Shown piece after piece: positions 13,042 through 26,334 of a stretch of 64,000 bases of DNA (its first letter is position 1; every line of letters begins with the position of its first letter). The stretch lies in NCBI RefSeq assembly GCF_023055435.1, contig NW_025964334.1:38068001-38132000 (forward strand). Direction: 5' to 3'. The notes below the pieces were generated by a model. The model did not search any database. It was not told the DNA's origin and saw only the letters and a program-made list of their open reading frames with translations. The stretch is from Haliotis rufescens (Eukaryota). The position numbers were made by a program, and so were the translations under genes.

Positions 13042-13307
13042 GACCCGTGAAGATCCAGGGTAGAATAGGTCATCAGCAACCGATGCTTGGCGTGAAAAGC
13101 CACTATGCTTGTCGTAAGAAGCAGCTAACGGGATGGGGTGGTATGGCTCGCTGACTTGGTTGATGCATGTCATTGTATCCCAATTGCGTGGATCGCTGCT
13201 CATGATATCAATCACTGGATTGTCTGACTCGATTATCTACAGACCGCCGTCATATAGCTGGAATATTGCTGAGTGAAGCGTAAAACATCAAACAAACTAA
13301 CAAACTG
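13042..13307 (+). mobile_element. SINE family A, full length
   Basis: TSD atctgca. Confidence 0.88.
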
Positions 13308-14004
13308 ATCTGCAACTGTGCATTCACAGGAACTTGTAGTAATACCAGAAAGTTCGGTCTGTTGTCTATGTCAATGCTAGTTTATGTTATCCCGATTTGC
13401 CGGCAGGGGTTTTTACTCGCCCTCTTCCTGGCAACAGGGAGACCCAGGCTCGTTTCCAAAAAAAGAGACACAATCAGAAGAAGAAGGGTGGTTCTAATGT
13501 ATTTTTATTGACCCGAAGGTCAATCAGTGATGGACCAGGACTCTAGCCACTAATTATAACATCTTACAGCTTTCTATGACAGAACTAATTACTTCCTCCA
13601 CTTTAAACAGAGTTAGAATTTACGACCACACACACACTCAAAAACCCCAATGTAATAAAACATGAAAAGCAAGTCAAAAACAATCTCAAATAAAAAAAAA
13701 CGCTAAAAACTAAGAGACCGCTCCAACCGAGTTCATGCCAATTAAAATTATTTTATTATAATAATTAACTAAGTTAAACAAAGTTTAATTATTTTTCGAC
13801 CTGCACAAGCGAGAAATCAGTAAATCATGAAATTACATGAAATATACACGAGTCTTTTCATTGTCGTGTCCTGGGGAATCTTGAGTAATGATTTGGGGGT
13901 GCGGCATGAACATGGGGGTCCCGGGCCGGCAACACGTGACACGCTTCACGTGAATTCCAGGCATTCTACTGATGTGATATCACTGCATACCTACTGACAT
14001 CACT

Positions 14005-14173
14005 GGAGCGGTGGGGTAGCCTGGTGGTTAAAGCGTTTGCTCCTTACGCCGAAGACCCGGGTTCGATTCCCCCGTGGATACAATGTGTTAAGCCCATTTC
14101 TGGTGTCCCCTGCAGTGATATTGCTGTAATACTGCTAAAAGCGGCTTAAAACCATAGTCTCTCACTTACTCAC
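14005..14173 (+). mobile_element. SINE family B
   Basis: Full head, body and tail; other copies or fragments at ~1-50, 10855-10965, 16465-16595, 22134-22243, 24885-24965, 25490-25640, 39400-39610, 41870-42005, 47400-47515, 53370-53460. Confidence 0.85.
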
Positions 14174-15009
14174 TAATAAAATGACCCTATACATGCTGTA
14201 TGACTGACAAGTGTGGATTTGACGTTAACTCACCTAGACGAAGTAAGTGTCACAGGCGGCAATATTCCAGCTGTATCACGGCTGTCTGAACTAGCCATAG
14301 CAATAACCGCCGACATGAACTAGCTTCCAGTCTGTGAAATTTTATGTTAACAATAAATATGTCAGTTAAAAAAATGTTTTAGTTATGATTTCGTAGTTTT
14401 ATCATCTGGCTTTGACTAAATGACATGCAGATGTTCGTCAGTCCCCGTGCATAACAGCTTACACAACACAATAAAGAAAAATATAGAATATTAATTATTG
14501 TAGAATAGGCATCGGTAACTCATATAAATAACTTTTTGAAATATTCTCACCAAACCAGAAATATACAGCTCTGTATTTTTGTGAGTTTTTAATACCTAGA
14601 ATAGGTGCTTTCTATTTAGGACAAGGCCATAGATTCATTCATACGTCATCAACCCCAGTTGTAAATGAACGGCGCCCTAAGTAGTACTTTTGCGGCGAGT
14701 GGTTTTCGCGACGGTACAGCAGTCTGTCTCTCGACCGGCAGATAAGCAGGGAGGGGGAACAGCCGGGGTGATATGTTGATCATGGCGACAAATTAATGTG
14801 TAAATACTTGAATACTTGACATACGTTTCATCCATCTGTTCTGACAGAATGCCACGGGCGCTGACATGTGACGGCCACACCTTTCACTCTCTCTGAAGGG
14901 CAGGGACACAGACCCACCCCCGGGCTGAACTCGTGGGGATATGCTGGAAGGAGGCACGGAATACATGTACCCGCCAGAATCGTGATCTACCCCAGGGAAT
15001 TATTTCAAC

Positions 15010-15283
15010 ATGGTGTTCAGGGTGGATTCAAACAATCCCCGCCCCCGGGGAAAACCGCAGGGTGAATTTGTGGATGTACGCGACAGTAGAAATTCCCATC
15101 CCCTGGGATTTGGAATATGGAAATATGTATTGTGCGTCGTTGTGTTATATGTGGGTATACCCCAGGGTGGGGCCCAGAACGCTAACCACATCGTTCTGAC
15201 CCCCCTCGGGAGGGGAGGGAAGGAGGTGGCCCTGCTCATTGTACCTGAAGTTGGATTAGAGAACACGGCGTATGAAGAATTAG
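15010..15283 (+). CDS. Alpha/beta-hydrolase-fold (Abhydrolase_5-like) protein, coding exon 1: signal/anchor segment and first beta strands
   Basis: ATG in caacATGG context; hydrophobic stretch GFGIWKYVLCVVVLYVGIP; IVLTP..VALLIVPEVGLENTAYEEL resembles this family's N-terminus; donor G|GTAAGA at 15284 (phase 1) joins in frame to 46054 giving AYEELAAVLQ. Confidence 0.8.
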
Positions 15284-15424
15284 GTAAGAGTTTGAAATCA
15301 TTCCGACATGACATACTATATGTACCACAATCATGCTTGATGCGAAAGGAGAAAACGTTAATTCTTTATCCATTATTGCGATTAATTTAATTCTCTGTCG
15401 TCAATGTACATTCACTTTGAATAA

Positions 15425-15642
15425 TTTGTTTTAGTTTAACGCCGCATTCATCAATATTCCAGCTATGTGTCGGCGGTTTGTGAAAAATCTAGTCTTGACC
15501 AGACATTCCAGTGATTGACGTCATGAGCATCAATCCACGTAATTCGATGTTATCAACCAAGTCACCGAGTCTGACCACCCGATTTATTTTGTTGCCTCGA
15601 CAAGCATAGATTACTATTCTTAACCGGAATCCCCGCGCGATC
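15425..15642 (-). mobile_element. SINE family A, diverged, at start of intron 1
   Basis: TSD ctttgaata. Confidence 0.75.
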
Positions 15643-16852
15643 TCTTTGAATATAGGATATTTGACGAGTTGAAATCATGATATGGAAGACAATGAAACTC
15701 TAAATTAATCAGTATCTGTTTGAACGAAGTCTAATATACCGATCGATGAACTATGATGCAACCCTAGTCTCCCGATGCCCTAGAAAAGTGAATTTTGGAT
15801 ACAACGAACTGGTTTCAAAGTCCCTGACAATGTCATATGTGTTTCATGAAAAGAAATAGTTTGTAGAAACCCATCATTTCCACTTGAGGCAGCTATAAAA
15901 GCTACTGTGTTACCCAAGTTTATGATTACAATTGGTTTTACAAACACATAGACTTCCACAAGCCTTAACAGAGAAAAAGATCAACACACGTTTTCTGACA
16001 ATTAGTAAAAATAGACATAATATTAGTCGTCGGCTTACATAACTTTACTTTTCCAACCGGCATATTTCCAACAACCTCTCCAATCTCCCATGCCTACGAG
16101 CACGTGCCTGTGAATTTATTGCTACAAGACGCGTGCTGTAATCCAATCTGAGAATGCCGAGGTCTCAATATGGTACACGTGTGGAAAACTCCGGACGGAA
16201 AACAATGCAATTATTCACATTACCAAACTATTTAGAGTCAATATTTGGGTGGGCACGTGTTTAGACTAAACATTTAGGATCCAGGAAAGGAAATTCGTGT
16301 TACATTATTGTTCGCATACATGTAAACGAGTGTATCTTTGGACAAGCAACAAGATCCTTTGAGACGGTAGACTAACATATAGTCCATGAAATCGTTTATT
16401 ACAAAATACATATCTCTCCTCTAAATTGTTTTTTCCCGGTGCTGATTTCATGTGTTGCCCATAGAGTGAGTGAGTGAGTTTGGTTTTACGCCGCTTTTAG
16501 CAATGTATCAGCAATATCACGACAGGGGACACCAGAAATGGGCTTCACACATTGTACCCAATCGAACCCGGGTCTTCGGCGTGACGAACTACCCGTGTGG
16601 CCTATGGAATAGAGCAGGAAATACTTCTTTTCATATTATCTGGTGATTTGTTTTCATAAAATACATCTATTACGCAGTCATGATGCAGGACTATGAATAA
16701 CACCGTGACAGGAATGTCCTCCGTGTTCCATGCGTGTCCTAAGAGCTGTCTCATGTAGACTTGGTAGTTACATTGTATGACCTGACCGATTCTTTGTCAT
16801 GGTGGGTGGTTACTCTTGCCGCCAACCACTGGTTCGCCAGGTCAGTATCATG

Positions 16853-17024
16853 TTTGTTTGTTTGTTTGTTTGTTGTTTAACGCCGCACTCAGCACTCGGT
16901 CGATCCACGCAATTGGGATACGGTGACATGCCTGACCACCCGATCCCGTCAGTCGCCTCTTACAACAAAGGTTACGGCAGGCATGGATTGCTGAACATCT
17001 ATTCTAACCCGGATCTTCACGCGT
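16853..17024 (-). mobile_element. SINE family A with deletions
   Basis: Head and tail match the A consensus. Confidence 0.78.
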
Positions 17025-17627
17025 CCAATATTATGGTGTATAGTCTAAAGGTGTAGGAATTACTATATATATTGTCGCCTTTGGATTGACAAAGCTTACA
17101 TAATTAGTGTTAATTAACACAGTCTCACGTGGGGGCGTTGGTCAACCCCTTGTTTATCTGACACACACTCAATTATTTACAAACCGTTATGATATAAACT
17201 ACCGGGCGGAAGGAAGGATACACTAAAAGATTACGTTATTAGAACGTTACTAGGCTGAAAACAGCTGTCGAAACACTGCAAAAGTCCATTACTATGATAC
17301 CTGTAGCAAATACATCACCATCGAATGACCATGTTTGTATGCACGTGTGACTTTGCTTGATTGAAACTAATCCCTTTTCTTGGCTTATCCTCGAGATGAA
17401 GTAATGAGTGTCTCTCTTCAGCACCACAAAGCAGTTATCATGTTTTGCCCTACGTTATGATCAAACTGTATCATATACGATTGCACGTTCGCGTCAGTCC
17501 TTGACTACAAGGGTCGTGAAGAAGAAGTGCTGGCTGCTTGTACTCGTCCGGACTAATGCCGATGATAAAACCATTGCAGCTCAAATACAGCCCGAAACAA
17601 GTCTGAGAAATGCTCTTGCTACTCCAG

Positions 17628-17938
17628 AGAGGTGAGATGAAATGCGGTTTAAGATAAAGGCACTTATATAAAGACGTGCATGCACGCGTGTGTGTGAGTT
17701 TGTGGCTGCTTGTACTGTCGGGACTAATGTCGATAATATAGTGCTAGCCCACTGAGAGACCATGCCGCAGTTTAACATGAATACCCCACTCAGACACAGT
17801 ATACTGACTCCGAGCCGACCAGACCTTGTTTTAGGCCCTAATGCCGAGCGCAGGGTAACAACAAGTACCATCTTTTAAATTCTTTTGGAATGATGCGGTC
17901 GGTGATCGAACCCCGGGCCTTCCACCATGGAGGCGGTC
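17628..17938 (-). mobile_element. SINE family C (V-SINE-like)
   Basis: Reverse copy of 4030-4376. Confidence 0.82.
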
Positions 17939-18526
17939 TACATGGGCTGGAATAACCTCACAGGGAATGTCGTGCTGACAGTGTACTTCCCGAAGATGAA
18001 GAATGTCGACGGCATAACACTGTTTAAGTGGTTCTCTTTTGACACTGATCAGTGTTTGTGAAAATAAAACAAGAAAAGATTTATTATCAAGGGTTCCTAA
18101 TATAGCCGCGCAACATCTCAGTGGATCAGCTGGCAACAGAATATTGTTCCAGGAGAGAAAGAAATCGCATCTTAACAACATGCGCGTTCCCTTTTTGTTG
18201 TTTCTGTTGGAAAGACAACACTGGTGACGTCATACTTTGTGCTTATTAACCTTCAAGTTATGCGTTAAATGTTGCTCTATTGGCGGATAGGATATAGACA
18301 CCAGTTGGTTACATACCGGTCAGAATAGGTGTCAGTAGCAGACTAAGTAAAATCAAGGGGTCATAATGGGAGACTTGGATGATGTCATAGTGCATGAGCT
18401 TGGGTCGTTGCTCATGCTATTAACCACTTCCTGGTCCATTCTCGATTATTTACAAGATGCTGCCACGTAGCCGGAATATTGTCGACCCCTGCGTAAAAGA
18501 ACATTCTCTCAGTTTTAAACAAGATG

Positions 18527-18761
18527 AGGGCGTGGGTGGCACAGTTGCATACGGACCCGCAATTCGTCCCTTGGGTTCGAATCCCGGTTCGCCCCGATTA
18601 TGTTTCTAGGTTTGTCAGTATCATACCCGTGCTCGTTGGTTTCACCAAAGTGGTAAACGTCTGAGACCTGCATCTTTTCGGGCTTTCCTCCCACATTAAA
18701 CTGACACGCCACGATATAACTGGAATAATGTTAAAAGCAGCGTTAAACACAACTCACTCAC
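18527..18761 (+). mobile_element. SINE family D (tRNA-Leu/Ser-like head)
   Basis: B box gggttcgaatccc; body ...cgggctttcctcccacattaa; shared tail plus (CACT)n. Confidence 0.8.
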
Positions 18762-19155
18762 TAACTTTAAAGTGATACTTTGCGGGAACAAATAACCACC
18801 TGTTGAAACCTATGGCTTAAACATTACTTTGCCTCTTTGTCTCGGGATTTTGAAAAGGTTCGAATCCGCGGACACTCCGGATCTAATCCTTGGCAACTTG
18901 GAATAGATAATTGTGAAAACTGACTAGTAGCTAGAACAGACATTTGAGTTGGGCGTGTTACTGGTGCATACAGTGTGCACAACCTAAATGTTTGGTATCC
19001 CCATAAACGTGTGTTGCATGACTTGCTAGTCATGATTGTGTAAACGTTGTTAAAGACAGACACCAACTTTAGGCCTAATAAAGGTTTATTTTGGCTCTGA
19101 TTACACTTAATTTAAAAAAAAGGGGAAAACTGTGAAGAAAGTTAGCAGTTTGGGG

Positions 19156-19623
19156 CAATCTCATTAAAATCAGATCTTAGTTCTCGCTACCGCTAAACAA
19201 AGATCTGAAGACATCCCATTACGACCGACCTTGCGCGAACTTTGACCGACCAATGGAATGACCAATGAGAAGGCAGCTTCCTCGTGCTTACGGCACTAAT
19301 TTCAAATTGGCGACTACGCTTCGAAACATATTTTGACAAATTCTCGATTACAAATTTGAAACCTGAACAAAAGAACATTCTGGAATGGCTAATAGATGGT
19401 CTAGATTGTATGGATTCAGTCGTTAAACCTGTAACTATCGTTCGGAGTTAAAGTTTTCGAGTTTGCAGGATTAAAAATCACATTCCGACTGTCACTTTCA
19501 TAATCTGGTAAGCGATGCTCTGATTGGTCGGATGAAAGGTCGTTCTGACGTGACCCTTAATGGGATGTCCTCAGATCTTTGTTTAGCGGCAGCGAGAACT
19601 AAGATCGGATTTTAATAAGATTG
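19156..19623 (+). mobile_element. AcademH-like non-autonomous DNA transposon with RecQ helicase relic
   Basis: ~65-bp TIRs CAATCTCATTAAAATC..., 10-bp TSD cagtttgggg; 19332-19412 reads FDKFSITNLKPEQKNILEWLIDGLDCM. Confidence 0.75.
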
Positions 19624-20256
19624 CAGTTTGGGGCATAATGTTTTTTGTGTGTGTTTTGTCTTTTGTCACAGAGAGTGCTGAATTAGCGTCAGCACAATAA
19701 ACTAGGACCGGACCTTTTATGTTTTATTGAAGATACCGAAGCTGTTTTCATAGGGAATCTGCAACCCTGAACTTACAAAGATTAAAAACCTGAATCAATG
19801 TTTCACTTTAGACATCCATAAAAACACGTTAGAAAAAAATCATACTTACAAAAAAAAGTAAAGGTATCAAGTATCATCCTAACATTTTTTTATGATCCTG
19901 TGTAACATGTTCGTCTTTTGAAGTTCAGTTTAAACCTCATTAACTCACATTTAGTGAAGTTTGAAGCACAGCCCTTGTATTTAATTCCGTTGCTAAATTG
20001 GGTACCAATATCCTTTGACGTAATGTTGTACAATGTGTGAAGGCAGTTCTAGGTTCTCGCCGTCGCGATATGGTTGGAATATTATGTTGCTAAAGGCGTT
20101 GCTTTATCTCATATCAAGTTACCCCGAAAACAGTCAATTTCACCCATCCAAGGTAATTTGAGATATTTCAACATGACGTTCATGACCATTAAAAGAAATT
20201 AATGTGATATAGTCTTGCTTAAACTTATTTCTTGTTATGCGTTAACTGAAATGTCG

Positions 20257-20514
20257 TTTGTTTGTTGTTTAACGCCGCACTCAACAATATTCGAGCTATA
20301 TGACGGCGGTCTGTAAATAATCGAGTCTTGACCAGACAATCCAGTGATTGACAACATGAGCATCGATCACAATTGGGATACGATGACATGCATCAACCAA
20401 GTCAGCGAGACTGACCACCCGATCCCGTGAGTCGCCTCTTACGACAAGCATAGTTGCCTTTTACGGAAAGCATGGGTTGCTGAAGACTTATTCTAACCCG
20501 GATCTTCACGGGTC
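20257..20514 (-). mobile_element. SINE family A, full length
   Basis: TSD ctgaa(a/t)tgtcg; followed by an opposite-strand partial copy at ~20572-20700. Confidence 0.9.
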
Positions 20515-23500
20515 CTGAATTGTCGAATCACAATAAGTAAATTACCATTAATTACAACAACAGAAAACCAGATTGCGTAGATCGTGGCCATGATGTCAAT
20601 CACCGGATTGCGTGTTCCAGACTCGAATAATTGCAGACCGCCGTCAAATAGCTGGAATATTGCTGAGTGCGGCGTTAAAACAACAAATAAAAATAACAAA
20701 ACACAAAAACCGAAAGTATTCATGTTTTCGATTCAGCATTTTGATTTTTGTAGCTGCTATGATGTACTTAATGTTGAAATGAGAAACCGGTGTCAAGGAA
20801 ACGGCCGCCGAATGAATAAATAGGATAACAAAAATAATCAGTATGTGCAGTCATTAGGAGAAACAGTTTCACAGGTGACGATCACCATGTCTTCGTGCAA
20901 CGTAACGTGATACTGTTTACAAAGAATGTTGATGTTTACCTACACAGTTCAGGACCTGTGGAGTCGGGAAATTGTTGCATAATATGATAATGTGCACAAA
21001 CCGTCTCGGCAACTCCCTAAATATTTGTCCCACAGCCAAACCGCTTATGTCATTTCGATAAACAGGACAAAGATGTTGATATCGTATCTACCGGCACGTC
21101 TCCGAATCAAGAGATGGTTGCTTAGCACTTCCGGTATGGTAGGACATGCGCAGGAGGATCTGGTGTCGAGTAAAAAGATGAAACAGCGCCGCCTATTGGG
21201 AAAACGTATCAGTACAACTCAAGACAGTTGTGACAACATCATTGCGATAGAACAACACGATGTCTTTGACTGTTTTCATAACCGCTTACTTTTTCTCAAC
21301 AGTTTAGGGGAGGTTGCGTGTTTGTTGATATCTCGGAAAAGGGCTAGAAATATGGATACTTGCAGGCAATGCAGTTTGAATGGAGAGAGGAAACGCCGAA
21401 ACGTGTGTTATTTCGTGAACAATGTTTGGTTAGAACTGTCGTACTCACGCTAGGGTGAGTGAGGATTGAAGCTGCATTCATGAGCATCTCTATGGTGATC
21501 TCGGGGTGGAATGAGTTTCAGTGCCGTGTGGTAACGTGTGAGAGCCGACTACATAAGTGCTCTGGACTGTAACGGCTCGTTGATTTCATTTTTGTCCTAT
21601 GCGACAAGCATAGTCGCCCTTTCGCATGGGTTGCTGAAGACCTATTCACCAAAACGAAAAATCGGCCACTGGGGTTAAATGGGCTCCCCGGTTTTATTTG
21701 GCAGTTTCCAAGTCAGTACGTTTCGCCTCGGATTTTTTAATGGCGTTACGGGCCTTTTCTATCTGCTCATCCGTTTACAGTGTCCGCAACATATGCCATG
21801 AATTAGTAGTAACATAGACTATGCCTTCAGTTGTCTATTCAGGGGATTAATCCCTGACAGATCTCCGGGGGCAGCAGGTGGCTTATGGTACCCAAACAGA
21901 ATGTCAGTAATAAAAAAGCTAGTTATCGACAAAACAAAATGTTCTAATAATTATTCACAATGTCAAGATCATAGGTCGTTTCACACACGCAACAATGTAT
22001 GCCATGTTGTTGTTTGGTCTGTGATTGGCCAACGTTTCAGCTTCATCTACGCTTGAATTGTCGACACGGCGGAAGATGACATATTCTTGCTAAACAGTCT
22101 TCTTCAGTCTTCTGAGAAAGGTTCTGAATGTACGCGGTAGGGTGGCACATGGGTACAATGCGTGAAGCCCATTTTGGTGTTCCCCGCCGTGATATTGCTG
22201 GAATATTGGTAAGAGTGGCGTAAAACTATACTCAGTCACTCACTGACTCAGAACGAACTCGCGAAAGTTTTTTTGGCTGCCATTTGGGTCGATTTCTCAA
22301 CACGAGCTTGGTCAATTTATCTCGGACAGACAGATCAGAGGGAAAACTCTGAAGCCAACATCACAGGATCTGGTAGTTGTAGACTTTGTACCATTTCCAG
22401 CTACACATGTGTTCACCATTTCAGCAAGAGAATCGTACAAAATCAACAATCCGCGTAAAACATAACGGATGCATAGCCGCTGAACACCCCTAGATGCTTT
22501 GTCACGCACCGCAGCGCTGGTAGCTTTTGGTCACGCCCACAAATGTTTGCTTTGGAAGCCGATTACAGAGGGTGTGATTTCAACACTTCTACTTCGACAT
22601 TTAAATACTTTCTACGAATGTCATGATTTTCTCTCTCTCGGAAATTGACTTCATATCTAGGAAAATTGGTATTCGCAACAAATCACAATCAATGTTTTCA
22701 CAATACTTGTCCAAAAAGTCTGTTCGTGTATTCGCAAGAATTACCAAGTATTTATAGATCCACAAATACAGCCTGACGCTAAATGAAAAGTGTTGATAGG
22801 AAGTTGGCGTTCTGCGTAGTTTAGGCCTATCATGGCATCCATTCATTCAACTATCGAAGCCTCATCTCTGCCGTCACATTTTCTTCTGCTAAAAACAACA
22901 CAAGACACTGAAAGATATGTGCCACCTTTTCACACTTGAGGATATTATGTGAGAGCTGTTCACACAGAGATACGCGGGCAGTGGTATCTAGACTGTACCC
23001 ATCTGCAGCTGTCGTCACAGCTGCCAGAACAGATGATCCCAGGATGCCTTGTGACCGGTACAGTCCGGATCAAATATAAGTTGCTATTTGTCGGTCAAAT
23101 TTGTGCGTGTTCTTGCGAATTCAAGGTTGCAAGTATAACTCAGTCTGTGTCACTGTAACGAAAGAACATAATTTATTTACTTTGATATTATTGCGAAACT
23201 TGTCCCAGAGAGTGTAGATGTATTCCATATGGCACGAGATTCCCCCGTGCACAGCACGTGTTGAAGACATAATGCGCGTCGAAAAAAGGCAATTGTCTCT
23301 ACTCAAAAACAAAAGTTACTTTTATCTAATTTATATATTAATAAAGGAAAGTTAGCTGTAATACTGATGGCGATGGGTTATACGGCTTTCCAGATTGATA
23401 AATCGACCATGTGTACTACAACTTCGAGGGTAGCTTGATAGCTTGACATTTAGTATCGAGATCAGATATTTTTCTCAGCTATGGGTGCAAAAAACAAAAC

Positions 23501-23847
23501 CAGATACTTTATTTTAATCTTTGAATTTGCCTTAATGTGGAAGGCAATTTTATCCCCCCCCCGTCATATAGCTGTAATATTGCTGAGTGCGGCGTTAGAC
23601 AACAAACAGACACTCGTGTAGATGACATGTATTGATTAGTATTATGTATGGGGGATGGGGGCAGAAAAGGATCAAACTTGGCCTTTGGGTTAATGATAAC
23701 AGTAAAAGAGCACAGTAGCCCCAAACACTTCCACCGTTATCCACTTGGCCCATGGGGATTTGTATGTTCATTTTCATATCTATACAGATGAATACAAGAT
23801 AGCAGACATTCGCTGACAAACATGTCGAACACCAGATGAATTGAATT

Positions 23848-24185
23848 GTGAAGATCCGGGTTAGCCTCGTGGTTAAAGCTTTTGCTCGTAACGCCTAAGA
23901 CCTGGGTTCGATTCCACACAAGGGTACAACGTGTGAAGCCCTGCCTTGATGTTGCTGAAATATTGCTAAAAGCGGCGTAAAACCATACTCAGGCCCTGCT
24001 TGTCGTAACAGGCGACTAACGGGATCGAGTAGTCTGGCTCGCTGACTTGGTTGATGCATGTCATCGTATCCAATTGCGAGGATCGAGGATCATGATGCGA
24101 ATTGTCTGGTCCAAACTCGATTGTTTAGAGACCGCCGTCATATAGTTATAATATTGCTGAGTGCGGCGTTAAACAACAAACAAAA
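23848..24185 (+). mobile_element. SINE family A interrupted by a family B copy (~23858-23990)
   Basis: A head gtgaagatccggg, then B body and tail, then A body cctgcttgtcgtaacaggcgactaac through tail. Confidence 0.75.
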
Positions 24186-25093
24186 TTGACCACTTTCTAA
24201 ATGACATTGTGTATATCCATAATAAGGTTTCGTTATTTAATCATATTTGTTCAAAAATAAGTATTTAGTTTGTGTTTCTTCAATTATTCCTTTTAGTCGC
24301 GGCAATAACGTTTATCAGATGACATTTGATGATAATTTTAGCGCTGCGTATTAATTTTACGAAATCTTCAGCCTTGCACAGTGACAATGTAAATATTCTT
24401 TTAAAATTTATGACTAAATTCCATCATCCGGAAAATAAGCTAAATCTCATTATCTAAGATTCAGTTGAAACAATTCCGTGGAGAAATATGATGACCGTGA
24501 GCTACAGAACATTACGAGACTAAACACATTTGTTAAGTAATAAACACTAGCCAACCGACGGCTTCGCATCTTTGAAGTTTAAAAACACAAGTGTCACTGT
24601 TATTGGTTCAGCAGACATTCAAGCACGTGACACCTCGTGCAGATGTCTCGCACGGGAAGCACGTGGAACACGAGCATCACATCTGTTGAATGAACACATT
24701 GTGATGAAACGTTAGCCTCCAAGGTTGCGTTTCGCAACAAGGGTCATTAGCCTCCTCTCTCGTTTGTAGTTCAAGGCTGTTTAGGAGTTAAGTATGTCAT
24801 GATGTAGGTTGCCGATAACGGGTATTCGTGTGTTCAATCTGAAATGTACGAATGTTCACAGTCATGAGAACTCTTATTATTGGACCAGTCCATTTCTAGT
24901 GCCCCCTGTTGTGATATTGCTGGAATATTGCTAAAAACGGCGTAAAACCTGAATCATTCACTCAGTATTGGAACCACGTCATATTTTAGGATGAGTTGTG
25001 ACGGGGGATACCTGGGTACAAGGCAACCTATGGCAAGTTTCTGGCACCCAGGATTGACAAGACTCAAGCTGCGTTAACCAATGTTAATCAAGG

Positions 25094-25411
25094 AGTGAGT
25101 GAGTTGGGTTTAACGCCGCTTTTAACAGTATTCCAGTTATATCGCGGCGTGCCCGCTTAATGTGGGAGGAAAGCCCGAAGTGATGCAGGTCTCAGACGTT
25201 TACCACTTCGGTGAAACCCACGAGCACGGGTATTGTGCTGACAGACCTAGAAACATAATCGAAGCGAACCCGCAATCATAGGTTTCTGGCGAGCCAAAGG
25301 ACGCAACTCTGCACAGCGAATCGCGGCGCCTTAGACGACTGGGCCACCCGTGCCCCCTTAGACGACTGGACCACCCGTGCCCCCTTAGACGACTGGACCA
25401 CCCGTGCCCCC
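25094..25411 (-). mobile_element. SINE family D with triplicated 27-bp 5' end
   Basis: TSD gttaatcaagg; head tggcccagtcgtctaaggcgcc. Confidence 0.88.
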
Positions 25412-25679
25412 GTTAATCAAGGGGGGAGAGAACCCGAAACTGAACGCGTAAAATATAGTGTTTTAAGTGAAAAACGACAATCTTATCCCATAGATTAAAA
25501 GATCAGGGTTCGATTCCGCACATTAACATAATACGTCAATTAACGTAATATGTTTCTGGTGTACAAAGTGTGAAGTCTATTCCTGTCCCGCGCCGTCACA
25601 TTGTTTGAATATTGCTGAAAGGGGCGTAAAACCATACTTACACATCAACATCCATCAAACATTTCGTATCTTTGTCACA

Positions 25680-25833
25680 AACTTGATTCATGCATGTCAT
25701 CGTATCCCAATTGCGTAGATCGATGCTCATGATATCAACCACTGGGTTCTCTGGTCTAGATTCGATTATTTACAATCCGCCGTCATATAGCTTGAATATT
25801 GCTGAGTGCTGCGTTAAACAGCAAACAAACAAA
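25680..25833 (+). mobile_element. SINE family A 3' half
   Basis: Matches the A 3' half; similar partial or diverged copies at ~26840-27065(+), 36020-36135(-), 42195-42298(+), 45390-45580(-), 49080-49270(+). Confidence 0.8.
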
Positions 25834-26334
25834 TATTCTTTGCGTTGGCAGCTGGTGTGAGACCCAATAGGCTTAGCGTCTACATCCCTGCCATAGATGA
25901 TTTTTTTCAAAGTTTGTTGCATGGTGTGACACTGTAATGCACTTATGCTGATTATTATTTTTGTGCCCCATGTATTTCACTTTTGATTTATATATTTCCG
26001 GTACACGCAAAATATCATACGTCAAACTGCTCCTCAAATTATGCAAATTGTTATGCAAATTAGGTTGGATTGCGACACCTCGCTATAAGCCGACCCGTCA
26101 CTGCACTGTTATGTCACTGGCAATTGCCTTTTTTGCATCCGTATTGTTAACCTGTGAATGTTAATCAGATATAATGCTCAATGAGGGCTGTTGGGTTGAA
26201 AGGTATGGCCCTTATCGTGATTATGTATAACTAAATGATCTTTCTCATTGTGGGAATTGATGAGGGATTGCCACTGATGACGCCCCTTCGGTATGTCGAT
26301 TTAGAAAAGATCGCGTAGGTGTGGTAAGAACACA

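Noticed and set aside
20992-22950. 153-aa ORF and neighbouring coding-like tracts, possibly an old transposase
   Set aside because: No motif could be identified with confidence
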